The position numbers were made by a program, and so were the translations under genes. 64,000 nucleotides of DNA, from assembly GCF_006345805.1 (NCBI RefSeq), contig NC_043019.1:2790001-2854000 (forward strand). The letters run 5' to 3'. The stretch comes from Octopus sinensis (Eukaryota). Positions 35,924 to 48,529 of the stretch are shown in pieces; position 1 is the first letter of the stretch; the number at the start of each line of letters is the position of its first letter. Under the pieces are notes generated by a model. The model did no database searches. It saw nothing but the letters and a program-made list of their open reading frames with translations, and was not told the DNA's origin.

Positions 35924-36301
35924 GCGCAGGAGTGGCTGTGTGGTAAGTAGCTTGCTTACCGACCACATGGTTCCAGGTTCAGTCCCGCTGCGTGGCATCT
36001 TGGGCAAGTGTCTTCTGCTATAGCCCCGGGCCGACCAATGCCTTGTGAGTAGATTTGGTAGACGGAAACTGAAAGAATCCCGTCATATGTATGTATATAT
36101 ATATGTGTGTGTCTGTGTTTGTCCCCCTAGCATTGTTTGACAACCGATGCTGGTGTGTTTATGTCCCCGTTACTTAGCGGTTCGGCAAAAAGAGACCGAT
36201 AGAATAAGTACTGGGCTTACAAAAGAATAAGTCCCGGGGTCGATTTGCTCGATTAAAGGCGGTGCTCCAGCATGGCCGCAGTCAAAATGACTGAAACAAG
36301 G
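35924..36301 (+). mobile_element. SINE family A, full length
   Basis: Complete head, linker and tail. Confidence 0.9.
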
Positions 36302-36303
36302 AA

Positions 36304-36334
<31 letters not shown>

Positions 36335-36336
36335 TA

Positions 36337-36712
36337 CACTTGCGTCAGAAATTAATTAGCACTTCTCAAATTTCTACATTAAATAGGTTAAATCAATTAA
36401 CCTATGAGCTGTTCAAAATGTCTTACGCGATGAGAAAACTTAGTATGGTGATTTCGGTCCTTGCGAGGCGCTACCTATATCTATTAAACAAAGGAAGATT
36501 TGTCTGCATCCGCACTCCAAGTTGTGTTGCACTGCTATGTCAACATCATAAGGCTGTAGACTCTCAACTGCTCTGCAAACAAAGTTACGTCATCGTTCTG
36601 CGCAACAGTGAACTCGCAACAAAGCAATAGTTCGAGATATGGCCACTAGGTGACAGCACATACCTTGAGTGAAGAGCAAATCAAGGGTGCTAATTAATTT
36701 CTGACGGTAGTG
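36337..36712. mobile_element. Tc1/mariner-type MITE, 376 bp
   Basis: TA flanks; 26-bp TIR cact(tg/ac)cgtcagaaattaattagcac with 2 mismatches. Confidence 0.9.
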
Positions 36713-37357
36713 TATATATATAAATAACATTAGGAACAGCATCCAACTGTAGAAACCAAGCATAAACAGATGATTGGAGCCTGGTGCAGCTCTCCAGCTT
36801 ATCAGCTCTTGCCAAACTGTCTAACCCATGCCATCATGGAAAACAGATGTTAAATGATTATGATGAAGAGGTCATTAGTGGTAACGGTTGTTGTTGTTGT
36901 TGTTTCAGTTTTCTCAGAACAATTCATAAAACTTTTTTTTTTAATAATCCTTAATTAGATACGTATAATTCTACATTCCTTTGTTAATTTCTTAATTTAA
37001 ATTTTAATACAGAACAACATTGGTGTTTGTGAAAACACCTTATTTTCCCCCCATGTTTTCATTTCCGAGTGTCATTGACATTTATCCTAACAGTGGGAAA
37101 TTCTGGAAAATGTCAGAAATGAATATCAATTGAATCTCACAGATAATGTTTATTAGATTTCTATGATAGAAACTAGAAATGTAGCTGAGAAAAATTGGAT
37201 TTGAGAAAACAGCCATACATATATAATTCATCACCTGCGAGTTAATTAAATATATTTGTGACATTTAATACTTATGCGTTCAGAATCGAAGTACTTTCAG
37301 TCTGCTGCCTGTTGGCTTCATTGCAGTTTCCTTTTTCTCATGCATAAAATGTTAAAT

Positions 37358-38152
37358 CCAGGAGTGGCTGTGTGGTAAGAACCTTTCTTACGAACCACAT
37401 GGTTCTGGGTTCAGTCCTACTGTGTGGCACCTTGGGCAAGTGTCTTCTACTATAGCCTCGGGCTGAACAAAGCCTTGTGAGTGGATTTGGTAGATGGAAA
37501 CTGAAAGAAGCCCATTGTATATATGTGTGTGTGTGTATATATATATATATATAATATATATATAATAGAAATATTAAAATTACTAAGTCTTTCTAAAAGA
37601 GATTACGGCAGCGTTACTGGAAATTAATTGTTATCGCCATATTAATATGGCAGTCTTATAGATATAAGACTAAAAGCTATCTTAAGGCGATGGCCTCATG
37701 GAGCTAATCAGCGACAGCTTTTAGTCTTATATCTATAAGACTGCCATATTAATATGGCGATAACAATTAATATATATATATATATAATATATATATATTG
37801 GCCTGCTTGCTTAGCTAAAGGGGTGGCATCATTTGAAGGCTAAAACAATGCAAAGCGCATTGTGACCAGCGATGTGTAGCAACATCTGATAGCCTGGTCA
37901 GTCACGGTGATCACAGGGATATATATATATGCATGTGTGTGTATATGTTTGTGTCTGTGTTTGTTCCCCCAACATCGCTCGACAACCGATGCTGGTGTGT
38001 TTACGTCCCCGTAACTTAGCGGTTTGGCTTAAGAAACCAGTACAATAAGTACTAGGCTTACAAAGAATAAGTCCTGGGGTCGATTTGCTCGATTAAAGGC
38101 GGTGCTCCAGCATGGCCACAGTAAAATGACTGAAACAAGTAAAGAAGTAAAA
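37358..38152 (+). mobile_element. SINE family A split by nested insertions in its linker
   Basis: 5' half to about 37540; palindromic element and SINE C tail (about 37797-37915) inside; 3' half from about 37930. Confidence 0.8.
37623..37771. repeat. Perfect 56-bp inverted repeat with nested palindromes
   Basis: Arms 37623-37678 and 37716-37771 with 37-bp spacer. Confidence 0.95.
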
Positions 38153-38404
38153 AGTTACACCCATCCTTTCTTATATAATGCAGTGTAGCTACGTTTCTCC
38201 TTTAAAGCAAGTCACCTAGACTTCTCACCTTATCAAACTTTAACCCATCAACATCTGAACCACAGCCCGTCCCTTTCAAATATTCTCCCAGCTACCTAAT
38301 TGAGGAGGATTTTTCCTCTTTTTCTTATTCTTTCTTGTCTTGCTTGCAAATTACTTGGTGATGTGGCAGGCACCATCTTCAAGAATTTAAGTTGAACAAA
38401 TCAA

Positions 38405-38721
38405 TCATCATCATCATCATCATCATCAACATCGTTTGTCGTCCACCTTCCATGCTAGCATGGGTTGGACGAATGACTGAGGGCTGGCGAACCAGATGGC
38501 TGCACCAGGCTTCAATCTTGATCTGGCAGAGTTTCTACACCTGGATGTCCTTCCTAACGTCAACCACTCCGAGACTGTAGTGGGTGCTTTTACATGCCAC
38601 CGGCACAGGGGCCAGTCAGGTGGCACTGGCAACGACCTTGCTCGAATCCAGTGCCACCTGACTGGCACGTAAAAGCACCCACTACACTGTCGGAGTGGTT
38701 GGCGTTAGGAAGGACATCCAG
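38405..38721 (-). mobile_element. RTE tail with an inverted (foldback) 5' segment
   Basis: Tail on - strand, then the same sequence re-read on + from 38648. Confidence 0.8.
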
Positions 38722-39960
38722 CCTAGCCTTACACTTATTTCATAGGTCTATTCTGCTGAACCACTAAGTTACGGGAAATAAACACTCCAACACCAGTTGC
38801 CAAGTGATGGTGGGGAAAACACAAACACACACCCGCATACACACACACACAAATACACACACAAATGCAATGGGCTTCTTTCAGTTTCTACCAAATCCAC
38901 TCACAAGGCTTTGGTCTGTTCAGGGCTATAGTGCCTTTGGTCTGTTCATGCCTAGTGCCATGCATTGAGACTGAACCCAGAACCATGTTGGTTGTGAAGT
39001 AAACTTACCACAGAGGATAGTCACAACTGGAATGTCTTTAATAACCCTGTTTAAGATGATTTTTGTCCTTGGGTAGTAACTGTTATTTCCTATTTGTTTA
39101 TCCCTAGAAAGTATGAAAAATGGCTACTATTTGCTCCAAATTTAGCTTTTTGTTACATTTATTCAAACCCCACAAAATTCCCCCTCAACACATGTCTATG
39201 ATGCTTCCCAACTACTCCTGCTCATGATCAGCGATGCACATATTGTCAGTCACTAAGCGACATGCTCGAGTGGTTAAGTGGTCAAGCAACTGACTAGCAA
39301 ATCTGTGGTATTGAGCAGAATATTTGCTATAACAATATTTCTGCTTCAGCAACTCAGCTGAAATCTGTCTGAAATGTAATGGAAAACAGGTCAGTTTCAA
39401 AACATTGAAGGGAATAGTAGTCATTTCCTTTGATTTCTAGACAAAAGCAAATAGGAAATAGCAAATACTGACCAAAAACAAAAAAAAAAAAATTTAGTTT
39501 TGTTTCACAGAGAAATACATCTGCTCTACCAACACTGTTGACCTTCCACTAGTGACCCACCTGCTTCATCATTAGACTTGCCTGTATTTCCTTAATCTGC
39601 CTTCTACATTTCCTTTGCTCAAATCTTTTTGACCTCGTATTGATATTCTATAATATATAAGCAGTTTCGGGGGCATTGGGACTATATATTCTGTGTGTGT
39701 GTGTGCACCAACAACATGACGATAACAACGATGATGATGATATGTGTGTGATATTTCCAAAAAATGTTTTCAAGGGGATATGCAATCTTGGTGGTTACTG
39801 TGTTTCCTCTTAAATCAGGAAACACAGTAGGTGTTGGTCCACAAAAGAATGCTATAAATAACTGTTTAATAAAATTATAGATGTGGAAAATCTCTGTTCT
39901 CCTGATCATTATCAATACTATGTGTGTGTGTGTGTGTGGTGTGTGTGTGTGTGTGTGTGT

Positions 39961-40263
39961 GGAGGTGCAATGGCCCAGTGGTTAGGGCAGCGGACTCGTG
40001 GTTGTAGGATTGCTGTTCCAATTCCCAGACTGGACATTGTGAGTGTTTATTGAGTGAAAACACCTAAATCTCCACAAGGCTCCGGCAGAGGGTGGTGGTG
40101 ATCCCTGTTGTACTCTTTCACCACAACTTTCTCTCACTCTTTCTTCTCTTGGCCTTCTCACTTAGCCAGCAGGGGTGGAGGGCGTCATTGAAGGCTAAAA
40201 CAATGCGAAGCGCATTGTGACTAGCGATGTGTAGCAACATCTGATGGCCTGGTTAGTCACGTA
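39961..40263 (+). mobile_element. SINE family C
   Basis: Complete A/B-box head and tail. Confidence 0.85.
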
Positions 40264-40328
<65 letters not shown>

Positions 40329-41916
40329 TTATAAGTACTTATAAATTGTTTATAAATTTAACCTTTAAAAGTATTTTTTAATATGCTGGCCATTGATTGA
40401 ATTATTTTCGAAAAGTTCTATCCTATATTAGATATATATATATATATATATATAATATATATATATATAAAATTTTAATTAATGCTTTGACCTCCATCTG
40501 TGAAGTATTTATTGTTATTATATTTATCCTGCTCTACATGAAGTACTGCATACATAACAATCCCATGCAGTTAACTCGGCATGTGAATAATATATGGTAG
40601 CCAGCAACAAGTAGTATAGGAGCTTTTATGAGTGCAGTGCTAGGCATTTGTCATATACACAATACAAGGATATACACACACATATATATATATATATATA
40701 CATGAAGTTTAATATCAAATTGTATGCTTAAAATAACAATATATTTTTGATCATTATATTTACCCAGGCAGGAATGGAAATTTTAAATTTAAATTAACTT
40801 TTAATTAAGTATTGATAACCTAACCTAACCATATGCTTCATCAATTGTTTCACATTATAAATAAATCAACAACATTTGTGATTCTGTCGTATCTAATAAC
40901 CTGACTGAAAAAAAAATAATGTTATATCCTATTCTAATTGAAATGCAGCATGTTGCAAATGTTATTGCTTTAGCTTGAAAATGAAAACTAATAGCCATAT
41001 TATAAGCTTTAATTACAATATTATTATTAATATTATTACACATCGCTGTAACATCTAAATAATTAACTACATCCACAGCAACACCAATTTTGTTCGCTTC
41101 CAGATCGCTTGGATATATTCTACCAATTAACAACTCGGAGAAAACTAATGGGGAATAAAAATATCACAGATGTATTTACAGTTACTTTCATGCTGTTTTA
41201 CCAAACCCATTTTTCTTTTCTGTCCTCTGTTGGCATAATTTATTAAAAACAGAATTACATGAAAATAAATACACAATATACATTCATGGGTGATCTCAAG
41301 TTAAGAGAGTAAATGTGTTGGTCTGCCTACGGTTTTACACAGCTACAAACACATATACCAATTTCTAATATAAAAAATCTTTTTATCAATCGATGAATCA
41401 CAATTAGCTCAAATCGTACAATATGTAACTTAAAAAGAAACATTGTTTTCTGCCTTTCTTGGCAGTAAAAATATCAATTACATGGTCAACATTTTTTGCC
41501 AACAGACATGTTAGCAATATTTTGCTCAATATTTAGCATTGCCATACTTTTTAATTGCATTTAACCCACTGTATTCCCTGGCGATGTCTTCGTTTGTCTG
41601 TGGCAGCTGCAGAGCATGATGTAGCAGGAAATATTGCCAAGATACCAGAAATTATGCCAAAAATTGGCAGTATTCCATGAAGATTATTCTCGTAAATCGT
41701 TATTACAACAGCATCAGCTGCAATTGTCCGTAATCATAATGGATGCATATGGTCTGGAAGAAACTCTATGTGGATTACCCAACCTACTTTTAGGAGATAC
41801 TGATCAACACCATAATGGGATTAAACAAGTCAATAACCATTGATCCAAGTCATTTAGTGCATCAGGATTGAGGATAAGATAGCCAAGTGCACAAGGAATA
41901 TCTTAATACCATTTAA

Positions 41917-42137
41917 CCCTCTTGCATTCAATCCAGCCATATCTTGCCAAAATATTCTACGTATTTTATGTCCAAACCATCCAGATACAGTCTCTCACGC
42001 TTAACCTGCGATGTCCTTAAAAAAAATAAGCAATCACATCGTAAAAATCTCAAAGCTGTAAGATAATCCATGATTAACACAAAACAATGTTAATAAATAA
42101 GCATTACATTTGATGGAATAATCTGAATGCTAAAGGG
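41917..42137. mobile_element. piggyBac-type (TTAA) MITE, 221 bp
   Basis: TTAA|CCCTCTTGCATTCA ... TGAATGCTAAAGGG|TTAA; 14-bp TIR with 2 mismatches. Confidence 0.85.
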
Positions 42138-42566
42138 TTAATCATGATTCCATTTCAACAATATCCAGACTGAAATAATTGGTAGATATATTGATCTGAT
42201 CTGTTGCCAATTTGCTAACCAGAGCATACAATTACTGAAGCATCGTTTTCCTTTGTGGCAATTTTGCTCCCTTAAATGAGAATCGTATTCCTTGGATGAT
42301 TTCATCAATAATTTCACCTAACATTTCAGTCCATTTCCAAACACTTTCTGACGTTGCTGTAGCTATTCTTTTAGCTGTTATAACAATGCTGCAATCTTTC
42401 CCTGGACTTATTTGCTGAGACAGTTTGTGTTTAACAGTTTTATTCTCTATTGTTCTTGGGTTCAGATACAAAATATGCTAGTCGCTAGCTTGTTGTATGT
42501 CGTAGGAGAACAGCAGCTCCCTTTTATAATTCTATATTTGTGAGATGAAAAATATATATTATGTAT

Positions 42567-42975
42567 ACTCTTTTACTTGTTTCAGTCATTTGACTGTGGC
42601 CATGCTGGAGCACCACCTTTAGTCGAGCAAATCAACCCCAGGACATATTCTTTGTAAGCCTAGTCCTTATTCTATCGGACTCTTTTGCCGAACCGCTAAG
42701 TGACGGGGACGTAAACACACCAGCATCGGTTGTCAAGCGATGTTGGTGGGATAAACACAGACAAACAAACATATACACACACATACATACATATATATAT
42801 ATACATATATACGACGGGCTTCTTTCAGTTTCCGTCTACCAAATCCACCTGCAAGGCTTTGGTCAGCCCGAGGCTATAGTAGAAGACACTTGCCCAAGGT
42901 ACCACGCAGTGGGACTGAACCCGGAACCATGTGGTTGGTAAGCAAGCTACTTACCACACAGCCACTCCTACGCCT
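42567..42975 (-). mobile_element. SINE family A, full length
   Basis: Complete copy. Confidence 0.9.
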
Positions 42976-43479
42976 ATACTGTTTATATTACTAAGACTGG
43001 CATCTCCATCTTGATTGTTGCATTCAATGCATCTTGTATTGAACTCGGTTGTTGAATCAGAATTTCAAACCTAGCTTTTCATTTGATCCATGAGGGTACA
43101 TTGTTCTCTGTGTTTCGTGACATCTCTTTATTTTATTTTAGCTGATTTTTTGTGAATTACCTTAGTGCCTTGCCTGGGATTGAACTCAGAGTCTCTAGGT
43201 AACTCCACTGCTTTAATCAACATCTTTATCTACTAGGCTATAGCTTTTTATGATGATAGTGTGTTCAACACACTCAGTTCCTTGGTGCATGGCATTCTGG
43301 GACACCTGTGTCTTGACGTGTTATGTTTCATCAACCAGATGTAAGCGGAATCCAGAGTCTAGACAAAGCTGCTGGCTTTGTTTACACATTCAGCGAACAA
43401 ATTGTTCTCTGATCACTGATCAAGATTGTAGGTTTGATTCCTGGGCTAGGCAGTGTATTGTGTTCTTAAGCAAAACATT

Positions 43480-43740
43480 TCAAGAGGAATGTGAGGTCTC
43501 GGTCATTTATCCTTCCTCATCCTTATCCAGGACTTCATCACTCGTGAAAGAGGGATTCACCACACCCCAGGACTCCTTTCACTGCTGTCTGTCTCTGGTC
43601 AGTCATGGCCATGTAGGCTCCAGGTAGCAGTTGAGATTTCCTCGTCTTCTCTTGTCCATTGTCTTGGTTTCCATTCCATCACCTTGATTGTCCATCTGTT
43701 GGCCAGCCCAATTCTATTTGTGTACTTATAAACCACAGAA
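43480..43740 (-). mobile_element. Old RTE-type LINE C-terminal remnant
   Basis: Translates NRWTIKVMEWKPRQ, similar to the RTE C-terminal RW-x-x-x-V-x-EW-x-PR motif. Confidence 0.55.
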
Positions 43741-45115
43741 ACAGGACAATGGTCCCTGATGATGATGATGATATTACGAGGTATTTGTTTATAGTGGCCA
43801 ACATTCTCAGTTCAAATCTTGCTAAGGTCATTTTTGCCAGGTTGATAAAATATAGAACCACTCAGGTAGTGGTATTGATTTATATTCATAAAATGCAACC
43901 TACGTTTGAATAGAATTATTATCTGTCTGTCTACCTATATATCTATCTGTCTGTCTGTTTGTCTAATATTAAAAAGGTACTTGAAATATAACCCCTTGTA
44001 TAAAAGAAAATGGTAACGTTGAACTGGTTAATATTGAAGTTAAGTTTGGATTTTAATCTCCACTTGCTAGTGAAGAGAAAAGACATTTCTAAAAAAATTC
44101 AATTACCCAAACTATGATTTAAATAATTTCAAAAAAAAAAAAAATAGTTTTGCTTAATGGCCAGTTTCATTCAATTCTAGATTTTAATCTTTAAAATATA
44201 AATTTGTTTTGGATTGCAGAAATCATTATTTAGTTATTTGAAGTTGTTAGGAAACCAGTTTTCAAAACTTTACCTTCAATTAACTTACATTGAAATATTT
44301 TTATTTCTTATTTAAGATTTAAATTCAGATTATACAAGCTATTTTCATTATTTCTTTGAAATTATAGATTTTACTCAATTCATTTTAAAATTATTATACA
44401 TATATGAAAAAAAATTACATTTAATCAACAAAATATGAGTTAGAATACCTTCCAATAAATATTTTCAAGTTTATTAATAATATGGTTATAAATATCATAA
44501 AGATTAATATTTTATTTATTATAACAATGTGATTTAAATGCTTTAGAAAGCTTTTAACTTAAAAAATGATATAAAATACTAAATTTAATACATAGAAGGG
44601 TAATCCAAAATATATCTGTTTCTTTAGCATCAGTAGTAAAACTTAACAGTTTGTCAGCCATTTTACCCTAAACTTTCTTTAGTTATATGCCATATTTGGT
44701 AATGTTGGGTGACATCACCCAAAAGCTAAAACAATGTGAAGCTATCACATAGTGTTACAAACTACCAAATCATACCTACTTGTGTCTGATGGGACAGTTG
44801 AACTTTTCATTTTTTTATCCGTCAGCCTACAGTGTATAAAATTCTGAAATTTGGACAAGCTTGTTTGCCGTAACCAATCTCTAGTTTCTGAATAAATCAA
44901 TGATTGTTCATAGACGCAGGAGTGGCTGTGTGGTAAGTAGCTTGCTTACCAACCACATAGTTCCGGGTTCAGTCCCACTGCGTGGCACCTTGAGCAAGTG
45001 TCTTCTACTATAGCCTCAGGCCGACCAAAGCCTTGTGAGTGGATTTGGTAGACGGAAACTGAAAGAATCCCATCGCATATATGTGTGCATGTATATGTTT
45101 GTGTGTCTCTGTTTG

Positions 45116-45147
<32 letters not shown>

Positions 45148-45153
45148 CATATG

Positions 45154-45221
<68 letters not shown>

Positions 45222-45307
45222 TATTTGAGACAAAACCACTATTTTGCAAAACAAACAAGGAAAGACTTAATCAATACATAAAATTTAATAAATAGTCAAA
45301 AAAACCG

Positions 45308-45350
45308 CCACTACAATCGTTTCTTGTCTTGATCGACAATCTTCAGGTGG
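45308..45350 (-). ncRNA. Minimal type I hammerhead ribozyme motif
   Basis: Exact reverse complement of 48264-48306. Confidence 0.8.
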
Positions 45351-48263
45351 ACTTCCAATCTAAAAAATCAAAATTTTAAAATATAAAAATAATACTTTTA
45401 AATAATTAAAGTATAAATGAAAAAATATAAGTATATAATCCATATATAACCTATATATAATCCATATCGAAAATATAGACTAATTACCACGAATTCCCTA
45501 AAAAAAACCATGATAAAACAAAACTCTTAAAAACATATAACGATAAAATCTCCCTTTGCTAAACTCTATAACAAACCTATAAAGTAAACCCCCTAACCTA
45601 AACATTCACACACAAATACACACACGTAAACCACAGACTCACGACTTATACACATACCTATACTAACTTATAAACCTCAATATACACCAAAAACCACTCC
45701 CTCCCCACACAGACAAATTAACACATACATCCCAAAACCTAAATAACAAACCCATATACACATTCACACACAAAACACACACTCACACGCAAAACACTCA
45801 CACACAAAAGATACATATACTCCCTCACATATACGCCTATACATACTCACTAAACTCGACATATACAACAATACTTACACACCCACAAAAAACATTATAT
45901 ACATTTATGAGCTTTAACTCACCTTAGCATCTCTAACAAACAACTTGCAGTAACCCAATCCCATTCTCTATGCCTACCTCACTACTACACTATTCCATTC
46001 ACATTCCAAGCAACTCTAGTCCACCACCCGGTTATTCACGTGGCAAAACGAACACCACTCAAAAATTATGAATGAAACAATGTAAAAAAATAACCAACAC
46101 CTAAAATAGACAAAATACCACGAATTACCTAAAAAAAACCATGATAAAACAAAACTCTTAAAAACATATAACGATAAAATCTCCCTTTGCTAAACCCTAT
46201 AACAAACTTATATAGCAATCCCCCTAACCTAAACATTCACACACAAAAAAAACCCACACGTAAACCACAGACCCAAGACTTATACACAAACCTATACTAA
46301 CTTATAAACCTCAATATACACCAAAAACCACTCCCTCCCCACACAGACAAATTAACACATACATCCCAAATCCTAAATAACAAACCCAAATACACATTCA
46401 CACACAAACACACACACACACAAAACACACATACACAACAGATACATATGCTCCCTCACATATACGCATATACATACTCACTAAAACTCGATATATACAA
46501 CAATATTTACACCCACACTCATACAGATAAATAAATTAATTATACAATTAAAAACTCACAACCAATCTCATATACATAAACACTCTTATGAAAACAACAA
46601 TAAATACATCGTAATTAACCAGAATATCAAAATAACATTATGACATAAGGATAAATCAAATACATACTTACAATTCAGTTACAAATTATGAAGTGAAATT
46701 AGATTTTTAGCCGTTAAAAAACCAAACAAAATTACGTTACCATGGAAATAACTAATGTAAAAAAAGAATACGCGCCATAGAAAGTAAACGTCATTCATAG
46801 TATGAATGGAGAAATATAATAAATGGAACTAAAAACTATTTCCACGTAGCAAACCAACGCTACTTAAAAAAATTTATTATGAATGGATTCTTTAAAAACT
46901 ATCATGAAAAATCAATTATATACATTTATGAGCTTTAGCTCACCCTAGCAACTCTAACAAACAACTTACAGTAACCCATACTCAATGCCTACCTCATTAC
47001 CACCCTAATCCATTCACAATTCCAAACAACACTAGTCCACCACACGGTTACAATTCCCAACTCTACCCATTCATTCACAATTTCAACGACGTTCCCTTCA
47101 ACAACTCTACATATAAGCCTCAACATATACACCGGAGATACACTTACACATCCGTGCGGATGGGTGAGAGTATACATTAAGTGTAGTGATGGGGCTCCCA
47201 TTTCTAAACACATTTGTACCTGTGTGGTAGTCTCCATGTGTATATTCACGCACGGGTATAAATACAGGGGGTACACGCTCACTTCATTTACGTGTACCCC
47301 TCACATGTACATATGCATACAATTTTGGCTCGATATATGCAACAATGTAATCGCGCCCGTATGTGTGAGCATTCACTGGTTGTGCAATTCACCCATCTGG
47401 GTGTGATTGTGTGTAAACTTATCACTGTGGAGGTCGAGCTTGATACGTATATATTAGTGTGTATTAGGGGTTGTACGTACTAATTATGTTCATGTGCTTC
47501 ACGCACTTGCGTCCATGTATGGAAGAATATATTGGGATTACTATGTAGGTGTAAATAGGGTATGGGGGAGTTTTGTCATTGTATGGGTGTGGGTTTCATT
47601 TGTGATGGTGGTTGGGGATGGAATAGTGTAGTAGTGAGGTAGGCATAGAGAATGGGATTGGGTTACTGCAAGTTGTTTGTTAGAGATGCTAAGGTGAGTT
47701 AAAGCTCATAAATGTATATAATGTTTTTTGTGGGTGTGTAAGTATTGTTGTATATGTCGAGTTTAGTGAGTATGTATAGGCGTATATGTGAGGGAGTATA
47801 TGTATCTTTTGTGTGTGAGTGTTTTGCGTGTGAGTGTGTGTTTTGTGTGTGAATGTGTATATGGGTTTGTTATTTAGGTTTGGGATGTATGTGTTAATTT
47901 GTCTGTGTGGGGAGGGAGTGGGTTTTGGTGTATATTGAGGTTTATAAGTTAGTATAGGTATGTGTATAAGTCGTGAGTCTGTGGTTTACGTGTGTGTATT
48001 TGTGTGTGAATGTTTAGGTTAGGGGGTTTACTTTATAGGTTTGTTATAGAGTTTAGCAAAGGGAGATTTTATCGTTATATGTTTTTAAGAGTTTTGTTTT
48101 ATCATGGTTTTTTTTAGGGAATTCGTGGTAATTAGTCTATATTTTCGATATGGATTATATATAGGTTATATATGGATTATATACTTATATTTTTTCATTT
48201 ATACTTTAATTATTTAAAAGTATTATTTTATATTTTAAAATTTTGATTTTTTAGATTGGAAGT

Positions 48264-48306
48264 CCACCTGAAGATTGTCGATCAAGACAAGAAACGATTG
48301 TAGTGG
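48264..48306 (+). ncRNA. Minimal type I hammerhead ribozyme motif
   Basis: CCAC-CUGAAGA-UUGUC(gaucaa)GACAA-GAAAC(gauu)GUA-GUGG: stem I 4 bp, stem II 5 bp, intact core, GUA triplet. Confidence 0.8.
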
Positions 48307-48482
48307 CGGTTTTTTTGACTATTTATTAAATTTTATGTATTGATTAAGTCTTTCCTTGTTTGTTTTGCAAAATAGTGGTTTTGTCTCAAATAATATTTTA
48401 TAATATTTTACTATAAAATTGGATTTAATCCTAAATCTGATTTTTTTTCCCTGTAAATTTGGATATATTCCCTAATATTTAT

Positions 48483-48529
<47 letters not shown>

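Larger units (their letters stand above)
41480..43130 (-). pseudogene. Decayed hAT-superfamily transposase interrupted by a MITE and a SINE
   Basis: ILAIFPATSCSA followed by AMLNIEQNIA...VD resembles the hAT dimerisation region (LP-x-T-x-x-SAERSFS...LA-x-L-x-IE); upstream KLPQRK and SW...RFEIL...IQDAL; many stops. Confidence 0.55.
45212..48485. mobile_element. Penelope-like non-autonomous foldback element with terminal hammerheads
   Basis: Inverted arms 45212-45998 and 47618-48402, about 99% identical; internal partial direct repeats at about 46110-46500 and 46920-47050; extra about 83-bp tail on the right. Confidence 0.8.

Noticed and set aside
5678-40263. tRNA genes at A-box/B-box motifs
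   Set aside because: No complete cloverleaf could be drawn; all continue into shared SINE bodies
40324-40349. 26-bp perfect palindrome acaatttataagtacttataaattgt
   Set aside because: Almost all A/T and next to a TA tract; likely a slippage or foldback by-product
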